Shown here: positions 1 to 13,310 of the stretch, one piece after another
Layout of the letters: each line of letters opens with the position of its first letter
How positions within the stretch are numbered: position 1 is the first letter of the stretch
Assembly (NCBI RefSeq): GCF_006345805.1
Contig: NC_043011.1
Span: 59,656,464-59,720,463, forward strand
Length of the DNA stretch: 64,000 nucleotides
Direction of reading: 5' to 3'
DNA from: Octopus sinensis
Lineage: Eukaryota
The notes under the pieces: model-generated
Database searches by the model: none
What the model was told of the DNA's origin: nothing
The model's input: the letters and a program-made list of their open reading frames with translations, nothing else
Position numbers and translations under genes: made by a program

Positions 1-268
1 AACAAAAGATTATTTCAAAAACTTCATTGTCTTACAGCTGTTTCTGCTATTAAAGGCAACGAATTTACATGTTCGTCAAGTGGTAGAGACACACTCAGCT
101 ATGAGTTTCTGGCGTTTTCTAGCAGAATAAACTGTAAGGTAATAAAGATCATTAGAGGATTCCTTGTTCTTTTCTAATTTATTTATTTCATTTCTTCTTA
201 TATATAAATGTATATAAGCAAATTGTATATACGATACATATAAATATATATATAAATAATATTTATGA

Positions 269-304
<36 letters not shown>

Positions 305-321
305 AGTGTATATATATATGT

Positions 322-363
<42 letters not shown>

Positions 364-441
364 ATAAAAATGAAGGTGAGGCAAAAATATTAAGAGTATT
401 ATTTTTCAATAACACAATTAAGAAATTGTTTGTATGTATTG

Positions 442-485
<44 letters not shown>

Positions 486-519
486 ACGCAACCCAGTCAC
501 ACACAGGTGAGAAAATACT

Positions 520-1780
520 AAAACTTGAGTTCGGTGGATCTCCCCCCACAACTACAATCGCATCTTCCTCCTCCTCGTACGACTAAAGTTCCACGTGTGT
601 ATCCTGTGTGCTGGACGTGATGAAAGCCTCTCACAACCTCAGGCGTTCACTTTCAGAGTGATATTTAACTATCTATTTTGTGTCCAGCAATATCTTTTAA
701 ACCCTGGTCCCATTCTCTCTTCCTCGGTCAACTCCTTACTGTTCCACTTCATGCTTTACGCTATTTCTGTCAAATACTCATTGTTCTTTCTCACAACTCT
801 GTGTCTCATATCGTTTCAAGATGAAGTAATCCTCTTAGCTGATCTTCACTCGTCTTAGATTTTCTTTTGTTTTCTTTTGTGCCTTTTACCGTTTCTTTTC
901 ACTTTCTAAGACACTTTTCCACAGCAGCAATTATTTAGCCACAATTTGTTGTTCTCCATCACCTATCGAAGACGAGCCTGTGCAACTGGGAATAAGCACT
1001 TGCCTTTCTTGTCGTCGGCTCCTGACTCTGAGGAGGAGGCAAGTATCCTCGAAACAATACGTTCTGACACCTACCTGTACTGTTGCTATATCTGCTGCTG
1101 TTGTTCTCTTTTCTTATTTTGCAACTCATTTAGGCAGAAAGCGATTGAGCTGTCCTTACCACCACACGTACAACAAACAATTTGTCTAACTGCCTTTCTT
1201 TCTGCACCTACAAAGAGGTGCAACTCCGGAAAAGGCTTATAGTCTTTGGGTATCATCGAGACATGCACGTTTATAGAGATTGCACTCGCTCATACATTAT
1301 TCTTGTAGCCTCTGCAATCAACACTTGCCCTTATCGTGTCATAACGTAACGATGAGTTAAATATCTATGACCCTGCTAATGTCTCTGGTTGTGATTTTGT
1401 ATTTTGCCGCCTCATAGACTGTCACCCTCGCTTTTGTAGACCGGATACACAGTTTTATATGCTTTACTCTTGTTAAGGTAAGCAACATTATTCCATACAC
1501 CGGACAGAGCTTCCCCTAACTGTCCTTTTGTGAACATATGAAAGCGTGTTCCATTCTGAGGAAAGACAAGGGTATATCACTTTCTTTCTTGGTTGTTCCT
1601 GAAAGCATTCCTGGGTCAAGAAAGCCTTGCCCTTCATAATACACCTCTACCATTTTATTCCTTCCTGTGTGAGCCAATTGATTTGTCCAAGAATTCGTTT
1701 TACCTTGCCATAATCGCAAAGACATTATTAAAATATTGGCTGGTGTGGCTCTGTCGTAAGAACGGTCCTAGGTTCATTCC
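520..1780 (-). mobile_element. Possible highly decayed LINE (gag-like zinc knuckle and endonuclease remnants)
   Basis: CCTCGGKDSSIAFC (knuckle-like) and DAIVVVGGD (APE GDFN-like) in broken frames; weak. Confidence 0.25.
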
Positions 1781-2485
1781 AACTATGCGACACCTCTGGT
1801 AAGCGTCTTCTGCTATAGCCTCGGGCCGCCGACCACAACACCGTGAGTGAATTTGGTAGACGGAGACTGAAAGAAGCCTGTCATATAAATATAAATGTGC
1901 GTGTGTGTATGTGTGCGTATATGTCTGTGTCTGTAATTGTCCCCCACCACTGCTTGACAACCGTCTTTTGGTGTGTTAGACAGAATAAGTCCACGGCTTT
2001 AAAAATGTATACTGGGGTCGATTCGTTCAACTAAAAATTCTTCAAGGCAGTACTCCAGCATGGCCGCAGTCTAATTACTGAAACAAGCAAAATATAAAAG
2101 ATAAAAATAAACAAACACATGAAGAGACGATTTTCAGAGATGTTCCAAATATGTTTATAAAACTGTCATTTCCGTTTTGTTGCTTGTATTTTGTGCTTCG
2201 TCTGTAGAAGTTCTTTGGGGAACATAAATGTTGCTACCACTTCCGTTGGTGCGCCCTTCTCCACTGCCCCTTTAAATTTTATTCTTTTTTGTTTTAAAGA
2301 ATTATCTGAGATGTAGTCTTTTTGTCCTCGAATCAGGAAAAAACCCAAAAGACTCTTCACCTCTGCATGTAACGGGTCCACACACGCACAACATAATGAA
2401 TATGCAAATCGTAAAATAATCCGATATTTTCTTTCTAAAACACACGATTTCACAAAAGATACGTCCATAAAGCTCAAATCACAAA

Positions 2486-2573
<88 letters not shown>

Positions 2574-2926
2574 TAATAATAATGATAATAATGATAATTT
2601 TGCCACAAGGGCAGCAATATCGGGGAAGAGGATAAGTCGATTTCATCAACCTCAACTTTAGTTCCACTGGTACTAAATTTATCGAACCCGAAAGGATGAA
2701 AGGCAAAACTGACCTCGGCGGAATTTGAACACAAAATGTAGCGATGGGCGAAATGCTGTTAAGCATTTCGTCCAGCTCACCTCCTTAATAAAAATTTAGA
2801 AAATAGATAAATAAATAATAATAATAATAATTATAATAATAATAATAATAATACTCTACCCAAGTTGTCAGAAAGACACTCGGCAAGAAACGAAAACAGA
2901 ATTGAAAAAAAAGGTTAATGAAAATG

Positions 2927-2987
<61 letters not shown>

Positions 2988-3584
2988 GCATAGCTTATGC
3001 TCTGGCGTTTTATTTCTTGAGTTCAATTCCGGCAGGTGTCAAATTCACTTTGCATCCTTCCGGTTCGATAAAATAAGTACCAGTTGAGGACTGAGACCGA
3101 TTTAATCGACTTATATAATCCCATCAAAATGACTGGTCTTTTGACTAAATCAGACACATCATTATTATTATTATTATTATTGTTGTTGTTGTTGTTGTTA
3201 TTAAGGAGGCGATGTGGCCGAATCGTTAGCACGCCGGGCACAAAATGCTTAGCGGTATTTCGTCCGAGGCTGACTTTGCCTTTCATCCTTTCGGGAGTCG
3301 ATAAATTAAGTATCAGTTACGCACTGGGGTCGAATTGATCGACTTTACCCCACCCCACAAATTCCAGGCCTTGTGCCTATAATATAAATAATTATCATCA
3401 TCATCATCATCATCATCATCCTCATCATTATTATTGTTGTTGTTGTTGTTGTTGTTATCATTATTGACATTGCACAGTATAGAACATCGTGATGTTGTTG
3501 ATTGAAGGTATTGTTTCTCCCGGGGGGTTTGCACTGTTAGTCAAGTCACAACAAGGACCTCAGACAGACACTACTTTATGCAAT

Positions 3585-3619
3585 ATTATTGTTGTTGTTG
3601 TTGTTGTTGTTGCTGCTGC

Positions 3620-3659
<40 letters not shown>

Positions 3660-3790
3660 GCTGCTGCTGCTGTTGTTATTTTTATTATTATTATTATTAT
3701 TATTATCATTGTTGTTGTTGCTACTGTTGCTGTTATTGTTGTTGTTGTTGTTGTTGTTGCTGTTGCTGTTGTTGTTGTTATTGTTATTAT
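3585..3790. repeat. (GTT/GCT/ATT)n compound trinucleotide repeat
   Basis: Direct reading; source of the poly-V/C/L ORF artefacts. Confidence 0.95.
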
Positions 3791-4238
3791 ATTTTACTTC
3801 TCAGAACCCTCGGTTTTACTTGCTCCGTTTGATTCTGTGAAATCGCACAGCAGCTGATGTCAAACACCTCACAGAGGGCCTCTCATTCCGCAAAGGATAA
3901 AACTTGGTACTTGGATGCTGAGTATTGTAGAAGATGCTCAACACCCAAGCACCAATCTCAAAATCCTCCCTGTCCCCAGTAGAGAATGTTCTATTGGGGA
4001 CAGGTCTGCCCTCATTATTATTATTACAAATGCGGTGAGCGAACGCAATCGTTAGGACGTCGAGTGAAATGCTTAGCGGTATTACTTCCGAACCATAACC
4101 TTTTGAGTTCAAATGCCACCGACCTCAAAATTACCTGGGCCTGTGTATTAGACTAGATCCACCACCACCACTACCACCACCCAAGGCTGCTGGCCTTGTG
4201 CCAAAATTTGAAAACATTATTACTGATGATGAGGTTTC

Positions 4239-4278
<40 letters not shown>

Positions 4279-5302
4279 TAATCCATTCTACTAAAGGCAT
4301 AATGGCTGAAATTGTGGAGGAGGGGACTATTACATCGACCCCGGTGTTTCACTGTTACTTAATTTATTGACTCCGAAAGGATGAAAGGCAAAGTCGACCT
4401 CGGCGGAATATGAACTCAGGACGTAGTGACGAGTGAAATACCTATTTTTTTACTACCCACAAGGGGCTAAACACAGAGAGGACAAACAAGGACTGACAAA
4501 CAGATTAAGTCGATTATATCGACGCCAGTGCGTAACTGGTACTTAATTTATGGACCCCAAAAGGATGAAAGGCAAAGTCGACCTCGGCGGAATTTGAACT
4601 CAGAACGGAACTGCATACGAAATACCGCTAAGCATTTCGCTCGGCGCGCTACCGTTTCTGCCAGCTCGCAGGCTGTTCTGTTGATTGGATCAACTAGAAC
4701 ACTGGTCGTCGTAACTGACCGAGAATGCCCATTACATTCCACTGCCACCAGCCAATGAAATAACCCAGCCCTTACTCCCACAAGATCGATAGCCAATAGT
4801 ATAACGAATTCTGTGATCAACATTCATGAAATAACAACCCAATAATATAACCTAAACCGTACAAGCCACAGATAACACACACCATGTTATAAACCACCCG
4901 ATACTAAAGCCAGATATGTCAAAAACGAAATATAACCAGTCAAAGCACTCGTAACGAATATTCTTCACAATAACGAGACAAAACAGTAAAAGAACACGAG
5001 GAACAACAAATGAAAGTAAAACTGACGAAGCAGACAAATCCAATTTCTCGTTTCCCAAATGGCAAAACATCACACACACGGATTAGATACACAGTGGTGC
5101 AGTGGAAATTTGTATATAAAAATTGAAAGAACAAATCGATAATGATAATAATGATAATGGCCATTTCTATTATTTCATCGCTTGAAAACATTCATAGATA
5201 CAACAGCGTGTTTTACAGGGAGATTCGAAACACATGTCGGGGATGTACGTATGTAAATGTTTATTGAGTTGTGTCTAGTGTTTTGCAATGTTCTGGTAAC
5301 TT

Positions 5303-5965
5303 TAAGGCAGCGAGCTAGCTGAATGGTTAACACGGAATGCTTTGCGGTATTTCGTCCGTCTTTACGTTCTGAGTTCAAATTCCGCCGAAGTCGACTTTGC
5401 CTTTCTTCCTTTCGGCGTCGATAAATTAAGTACCAATTGCATACTGGGGTCGATCTAATCGACTGGCCCATCCACAAAAGTTTCAGGCCTTGTGCCTAGA
5501 GTAGAAAAGAATATTCTGCTAACTTAAAGGCAGCGAGCTAGCTGAATCGTTAGCACGAAATGCTTTGCGGTATTTCGTCCGTTTTTACGTTCTGAGTTCA
5601 AATTCCGCTGAGGTCGACTTTGCCTTTCATCCATTCAGCGTCAATAAATTAAGTACCAGTTGCATACTGGGGTCAATCTAATCGACTGGTCACTCCCCAA
5701 AAGTTTCAGACCTTATGCCTAGAGTGGAAAAGAATATTCTGGTAACTTTAAGGCAACGAGCTAGCAGAATCGCTTGCACACCGGGCGAAATGCTTGGCGA
5801 TTTTTCGTCCGTCTTTATGTTCTGTGTTCAAATTCCTCCAAGGTCGACTTTGCTTTTCGTCATTTCAGGGTCGATAGAATAAGTACCATTTAAGCACTTG
5901 GGTTGATGTAATCGATTCGCCCCCCCCCCTTCTCTGAAATTTAAAGCCATGTGCCTATAGTAGAA
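5303..5965 (+). mobile_element. Three tandem full-length tRNA-SINE family A copies (~220-bp period)
   Basis: ggcagcgagctagc...gttcaaattcc...gcctttcatcc..gtcgataaattaagtaccag repeated three times. About 20 further family A copies lie in the window (e.g. 3203, 7235, 7492, 7722, 15625, 22705, 28720, 28946, 63690 plus; 2600, 4270, 20410, 26150, 32665, 34655, 47392, 48800, 53600 minus). Confidence 0.9.
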
Positions 5966-5983
5966 AAGAAGATTTTGGTAACT

Positions 5984-6270
5984 TACGTGTTTTATGCCTC
6001 AAGTTTCCATAAAAGCGGCCTAGCATTCAAAGAAGAGGCCATCGTGTGGCACCGTCTGAAGCCACTTTCGTGCCAGTTCTTTGATCCCAAACTGATTCCA
6101 GTTCTTACTCTTCGAAGCGAGGAAGTCCTTCACTGAAGCTCGCACCTTCTCTTGGTTGAAGAAGCATCATGAGCGCGGGAAATGAGCCTGGGATTGGAAC
6201 AAGTAACATTCTGAGGGAGCTTGGTCCCGCACTGGAGGCTGGCTGTGGCATATACATTCCAACACAACAT
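5984..6270 (-). mobile_element. Mariner transposase C-terminal relic with its terminal end
   Basis: HSQPPVRDQAPSECYLF...VKDFLASKSKNWNQFGIKELARKWLQTVPHDGLFFE resembles mariner HPPYSPDLAPSDYHLF...GI..L..RW; TA at 5984-5985. Confidence 0.75.
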
Positions 6271-6546
6271 ATAAAAATGCAAATTGGAGCAAGGACATAA
6301 TGCAATATACTGGGGTTTTATTTTTATATAAGAAAATAGTTAGGCAAATAAGCAAATAGATACATATATGTGTGTGTGTCCTTATTCAGTTTTCTTTCAA
6401 GATTTCTTGCCAATAGAGAAAGAACCGCTTACTAACCTAGATCCAAGGCTCGTTCATTGGAATTTCAACATCAACAACAGAGTATTTTTACGTGTATATT
6501 TGTATGTATGTATGCATGCATGTATGTATGTATGTATGTATGTATG

Positions 6547-6577
<31 letters not shown>

Positions 6578-6606
6578 GTATGCATGTATGTATGTATGTA
6601 TGTATG

Positions 6607-6638
<32 letters not shown>

Positions 6639-7173
6639 TGTATGTATGTATGTATGTATGCATGTGTGTATAAGTGCAGATTTGTATGTTTTACTTTATG
6701 TATGTATTCTCATGCATATAGTTACATATCTAGACATGCTCATATATATTTAAATGATAAGCTTCTGGAAAGTTTTACAGATTTTTACATTTCCTGCGAT
6801 AGATTGGATCTGGAGTCTTCGAAATAACTTTCTCCTTTCTGGTTTTGAGAAGCCTAATTCCTCGTGATTGGTATTTAAGCAGTGCGTTACATATCCCAGA
6901 GCCCCAGTAATTACAGGTATAAACCTGAACTTGTAATGTATGTATGTAAGTATGTATATATGAATAAATATAAATAAAAGAATATAAATAAAACTCAAAA
7001 TAAAATTAAGGCCAACCCACGCCCACGTAGGTGAGAGGCCACCACCTGGAGTTTTGTGAAGGCAATCAAGGATTACTTTCTGTTTCTATGTTCTCCGGAA
7101 TCACATTCTCATGAATCTGTTGCATTGCGTAAGAAAAACTTTTTACTATAGGCCTTATGTCTAGTGTAGAAAA

Positions 7174-7224
<51 letters not shown>

Positions 7225-7234
7225 CATCATCATT

Positions 7235-7455
7235 AAGGCGGCGAGCTAGTATAATCGTTAGCACGTCGGGCGAAATGCTTAGCGGTATTCCGTCTGCAGC
7301 TACGTACTGAGTTCAAATTCCGCCGAGGTCGATTTTATCTTTCATCCTTTCGGGGTCGATAAATTATATACCAGTGAAACACTGGGCTCAATGTAATCTA
7401 CTTAATCCCTTCCCTCAAATTTGAGGCCTTGTGCTTCTGGTAGAAAGAATTGTTG

Positions 7456-7488
<33 letters not shown>

Positions 7489-7925
7489 GTAAGGCGGCGA
7501 GCTGGTACAATCGTTAGCACGCCGGGCGAAATGCTTAGCGGTATTTCGTTTGCAGCTACGTTCTAAGTTCAAATTCCGCCGAGGTCGACTTTACCTCTTA
7601 TCCTTTCGGTTGGATTAAATTAGCACCAGTTACAGACTGGGGTCGATGTAATCGACTTAATCCTCTCCCTCAATCTGCCCTTGTGGAAAAACTTTGAAAT
7701 CATTATTATTATTACACTTTAGGTGGCGAGCTGGCAAAACCGTTAGCTCGCCGGCCAAAGTGCTTAGCGGTATTTCGTCCTTTTCTACGTTCTGAGTTCA
7801 AATGCCGCCGAAGTCGACTTTCCCTTTCGGGGTCGATAAAATAAGTACCGGTCAAGCAATGAGATTGATGTAATCGACTTACTCTCTCCCCCGAAATGGT
7901 TGGCCTTGTGTCAAAATTTGAGACA
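7235..7925 (+). mobile_element. Three tandem SINE family A copies separated by (ATT)n
   Basis: Same head and core sequence. Confidence 0.85.
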
Positions 7926-8664
7926 GTTGTTTTTTTTTGTGTTGCTATTAGAAAGAAAAGAGGGGCAGGCTAACCCTTTCTTCGTTAACTACAAAAGCTC
8001 GAAGAAATACAAAAAATTGCTACACTTTCACTTGGGGTTTAAAAAAAACTGTATAAAAATACAAAAACCTTTAAAAGTAGGAAGATGGAAGTGAGAGACG
8101 GAATACCATGTATGGGTGGGGGGGCGTATTTAATATTTTAAAAGTACACGCACACACGTATAAATATATATTTATAAATACATACACACACATATATAGA
8201 TACATACTTATGCACATAAATATACACACACATATAAACATAAACACACATATATAAATACATACTTATACACGTAAATATACACGTAAATATACACACA
8301 ATTATGTAAATAAGCACTTATATGTAAACCTACACTCACACACACATTTGCATGGATCTTATTTTAAAAGTACAATAAAGTATACATGAATTAAGATAAA
8401 GGAAATAAAGCATGGGAGATTACTGGTTGGAATGGGTTTAGGTCTCGCCACGACTCCGTTCGCTAAACCAGTTATGTTCGAATGTAACCAAATGCACCAG
8501 TGAGCATTTTTTCTGAATCGTCTGATGTTGAAAATCACTAACATCTTCAAGGTATTTTCTTTCAAGCTCAGTGTAATTTCTTAGTTATAGTTTTACTAAT
8601 AATCTTTTGTTTTGTATGCCGTTTATACCCTGAACCAAACTGGGCATTTTGTTTTTGCATGTAT

Positions 8665-8726
<62 letters not shown>

Positions 8727-9714
8727 ATGTGTGTGCGTGTGTTATTTTAACTTCTGCAGAAAGTTCGTGACTCCAGTGATGCGTAATTTTGTCTATTTTC
8801 TGTTATTATTTTTTATTTTTAAAATTGACGAATTGTGGTTCATTTTCTGTCCATTCAATTTCTTCGTAATTTTCGTGAAGAGGGATTTAATGTGAAAGAA
8901 ATTCTTCGTTTTCTCCTGTCTTCTTTGTTTCACGTTGGGTCTTCATTGTTTGTGACTTTTTCTTCTTTTAACTTCTTTTGTATTTTCACCAACCTTTTAA
9001 GAATTTAAACCAAAAGGCAAAGAGAACCGGGATTTGAAATTAGAACGTAGGAAAAACAGAAGACATATTGTTTATTACTCTACTATTTTTGCCAAGCTAC
9101 ACTCTTGTGCTATACATAAATGAGAGTCTCGATCGTATTCAAGTAAATCGCCACTTGTCTTAGAAAGAAACAGTGTGAGGATAAGGACGCCGGAGAATCC
9201 ATATTGAAGCTAACGTTATTTTCAATAATAGCGTAACGTGGAGGTGCAACGTCCCAGTGGTTAAGGGCAGTGGACTCGCGGTCGGAGGATCGCGGTTTCG
9301 ATTCCCAGACCGGGCGTAGTGTGTGTTTATTGAGCGAAAACACCTAAAGCTCCACGAGGCCCGGCAGGGGGTGGTGGCGACCCCTGTTGTACTCTTTCGT
9401 CCCAACTTTCTCTCACTCTTTCGTCCCAACTTTCTCTCACTCTTTCTTCCTGTTTCTTGCACCTGCGCAAGGACGACTCACTCACTCTCTCTTGATCTCT
9501 CTCTCCCTCTCTCTGCACAGTTGTAAATGGGTACCGGTGATAGTACAACTCTCTCTCTCTTTCATTGTTCTCCTCTTCCTCCTCCTTTTCCACGTGTCAC
9601 ATCCTTGTCTGCTTGCTTCTATACAAACAGTTGAAATAATTAATAAAAGCGCAATACAGGTTAAGCGAGCCATTCTCTTTGGCGATTAACGTCCTTGCTG
9701 TATTCTACTGTCAC

Positions 9715-10080
9715 AACAACTGGAACAATACTCAACCATTTCTCTTAATCTTGGATGCGACGTGCTGCGTTCTCCGGCTCCAACCTTGCTGCATCAACCG
9801 CAAACCCGAGTAGCACCACGCGTAACGCAGAGGAGCGGAAGATACACAAATGCTGGAGTCTGACCTACCACTATTAGTTTATTCCGATCGTCGACGTGAC
9901 CTTAGTTGTTTACGGACCTCGCACAGCTGATTTCTTCCTCAAAATCTGGGTAACTGCGGCCCGTCTGAGAAATGGGGCCTTCAAGGTGGGGTGGCTGTTG
10001 CAGTGAGTGTTACTGGCAATTCTCTGCGGCAGCGCCTATGCAGTCATGTCCGTGAAGCACCGCTGAACACGCCTAGGGTG
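9715..10080 (+). mobile_element. Decayed CRE-like non-LTR element, restriction-like endonuclease C-terminus
   Basis: (W)DATC...NAEERKIHK...FIPIVDVTLVVYGP...WLLQ*VLLAILCGSA matches the WDAT..EERKRRKY..FVPIAVETLG.WG..QRISLAIQRGNA pattern. Confidence 0.6.
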
Positions 10081-10535
10081 TACAACTCTTTGCTCCCTCC
10101 GTCCCATCTTCTGCTGCTTAATCCCCCATCTTTTGTGGTTTCTTCTCTTAGTAATTTGGTTTTTTATCCTGTTAATGTTTTATTTTCCGTTCCATCGAAT
10201 GAAAAGCTACCAATGTGGATAAAACAGATATGTCCCAAGAAATAGCAAGACTGAAATCTGGAAATATTGTTTGCATATTTTCACACTTAAACGTATTTTT
10301 TATACCTCGTTTTTTTGTAATTTTTATCTTTTATTCTTTAAGTCATTGGACAGCGGCCATACTGAGGTACTGCCTTGTTGGGCTTAGTCCAGCATATTGA
10401 CTCCAATAGTTATTTTTAAGTCATGTACTTATTCTGTTGATATCTTTTACCGAACCGCTAAGTTACTAGCACGTAAACAAACCTAACCCGGTTGTCAAGT
10501 GGTTGCGGGGCATACACAGACACAAAGACATACAA

Positions 10536-10573
<38 letters not shown>

Positions 10574-12519
10574 GCACATACACACAGTATTTGACAGTTC
10601 CTTTATTTTTATCGATCCCGAGAGATGAAAGGTGAAACTGACTCCGTAAAGGAATGATCTAAATACCACAAGGTATTTTGTTCGACACTTCATTAAGCTT
10701 GTTAAGTAAGTGTACAAGGCCACAAATTGGTGGGAGGAGGTGAGTTAATCCAAGTACCTGACGAGTACTTCGTTTTACCGACCCTGAATGGACGAGAGGC
10801 ATAGGAGACTTCCGAAGAATATGAACTCAGAGCGTAAAATACCGTGACTTAATACTGCAAGGAATTTTCCTAATGTTCTATCGGTCTTGCCAATCCACAG
10901 CCCTTAATTTCCAGAACAGAAATTTGTGGAGTGTGGTTAGTCGATTAGATTTATCTCTTAGTATTTTTCTGTACTAATTTGTTTTTGAGCCCAGAAAACA
11001 AAGAAGGTAAATTCGACCATCGCAGGATTCAAGCTCAAAACGAAAGAGAGAATTAACTAAATAGCACAAAACACTTTGTCCGATGCTGTATCAGTTCTGG
11101 AAGAAGAAGAAGAAGAAGAAGAAGAAGAAGAAGAAGAAGAAGAAGAAGCATTCTTTATTTTAGCACAAGGCCGGTAATTTTCAGAGGTGAGGATGTCGAT
11201 GACTTAGGCACTGGTGCTCAAATGGTATTTATTTTATCGTTCCCGAAAACGCGAAAGGCAGAGTCAGTCTCTGCTACATCTGAACTCAGAACGTAAAACT
11301 AACAGAATTGTCACCAATCATCTTTCCCGGTGTGCCAAAGATTCTGGCAGCTCAAATAATATTGAGTAATATCCAATCTGAAAATCAAGGAATGGATTTC
11401 CTAAGCTCTAAGGAGCAATCTGGGTTTGTTGACACCAAGAGTGTTGGGTTTAGAACAGCTGAAGAATATTTCGGTTAATTGTACCGTTATAATTAATTTC
11501 TGGTTTAATAACATTTTTTTTCAAAACTAACAACCACATAAAAGATAGGTTCAATTTGAAATTTATAGAAGCCTCCTCAAGGATTTATCAAACAAGATTT
11601 ATCAAACTTATTTCAATCATTAATATTAATTGAAATAAACAAGCGAAAGTTTGTTTGCTTTTTGTCTTTGTTTTGTTTGGGGTGCTTTTTTTCTTTTTCT
11701 CTTTTTTGTCAAAGACAGTTGAATATTCATCAAAACATGGCTAATATTACAAGAACCGTGGAATATTTAATTTCCTCCCTTTTATTTGTATATTTCATAG
11801 AATTTTGTTATTGTTGCTTCTGGATGATTTTTGCGTGTTCCTTCAGAAAATCTTCAGGTTCTCAGATAACATAAAATCAAAAGGTTAAGAAAAGTTCCTC
11901 ATGCACAATGTCTTTGCGTTCAACTTGGTTTATGATTCATATTTCATTCACTGTTTTGCCATCAACATGTCTTTAAGTCTTCGTGCATCCAGTGCTATCG
12001 CAAACAATAGCTTAATCATATTTGGTTGGCAAAGAATTCCATTGATTGATAGCAGCTGAAATATCTTTAGATATGAATTTTACAGAAAGCAGTTCTATCC
12101 TTTCCGCTGCTACATACCTGGGCAATTTGTACTTGGGTTTTGTAATAGAGTTAAGTATTAGTAAGTTATAAAATGATTTGAAACCAATCTACATGCTACA
12201 ATCGATCGGTACTCTTAATCTGTCCCCGGCCTAACACCGACACCTTGTCTTTGGGTATCCTAGAGTGCCCTTGGGTGTCCATGAGTGTCCTTGGGTGTCC
12301 CTAAAGGAGTCCACTCTGTGGCAAGTGTTCAGGAAGTCCCTAATCTTAATCCCTGATCTATGTGGTGTGCTGTTTTCGTCCTCAGTGTTGTTGGGGCTGC
12401 TCTTTACACTCTGGTTATTTCAAGATTTCTTGCCAATAGAGAAAGAACCGGTTACTAACCGAGATCCAAGGTTCCTCCATTGCAATTTCAACATCAACAA
12501 CAGAGTATTTTTACGTGTA

Positions 12520-12637
12520 TATTTGTATGTATGTATGCATGTATGTATGTATGTATGTATGTATGTATGTATGTATGTATGTATGTATGTATGTATGTAT
12601 GTATGTATGTATGTATGTATGTATGTACGTACGTATG

Positions 12638-12671
<34 letters not shown>

Positions 12672-12721
12672 TGTATGCGTGTATGTATGTATGTATGTGT
12701 GTATGCATGTATGTATGTATG

Positions 12722-12755
<34 letters not shown>

Positions 12756-12857
12756 TGTATGCGTGTATGTATGTATGTATGTGTGTATGCATGTATGTAT
12801 GTATGTATGTATGTATGTATGTATGTATGTATGTATGTATGTATGTACGTACGTATG

Positions 12858-12891
<34 letters not shown>

Positions 12892-13111
12892 TGTATGCGT
12901 GTATGTATGTATGTATGTGTGTATGCATGTATGTATGTATGTATGTATGTATGTATGTATGTATGTATGTATGTATTATGTATGTATGTATGTATGTATG
13001 TAGTATGTATGTATGTATGTAAATATGTATGCGTGTATGTATGTATGTATGTGTGTATGCATGTATGTATGTATGTATGTATGTATGTATGTATGTATGT
13101 ACGTACGTATG

Positions 13112-13145
<34 letters not shown>

Positions 13146-13231
13146 TGTATGCGTGTATGTATGTATGTATGTGTGTATGCATGTATGTATGTATGTATGT
13201 ATGTATGTATGTATGTATGTACGTACGTATG

Positions 13232-13265
<34 letters not shown>

Positions 13266-13310
13266 TGTATGCGTGTATGTATGTATGTATGTGTGTATGC
13301 ATGTGTGTAT
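12520..13310. repeat. (TATG)n array with higher-order 84-136-bp periodicity
   Basis: Marker aaatatgtatgcgtg at 12667, 12751, 12887, 13021, 13141 and 13261. Confidence 0.9.

Noticed and set aside
4150-4162. GACTAGATCCAC resembling mature miR-279
   Set aside because: Only a 12-nt match, no complementary arm, and it lies in a degenerate SINE tail next to (CCA)n.
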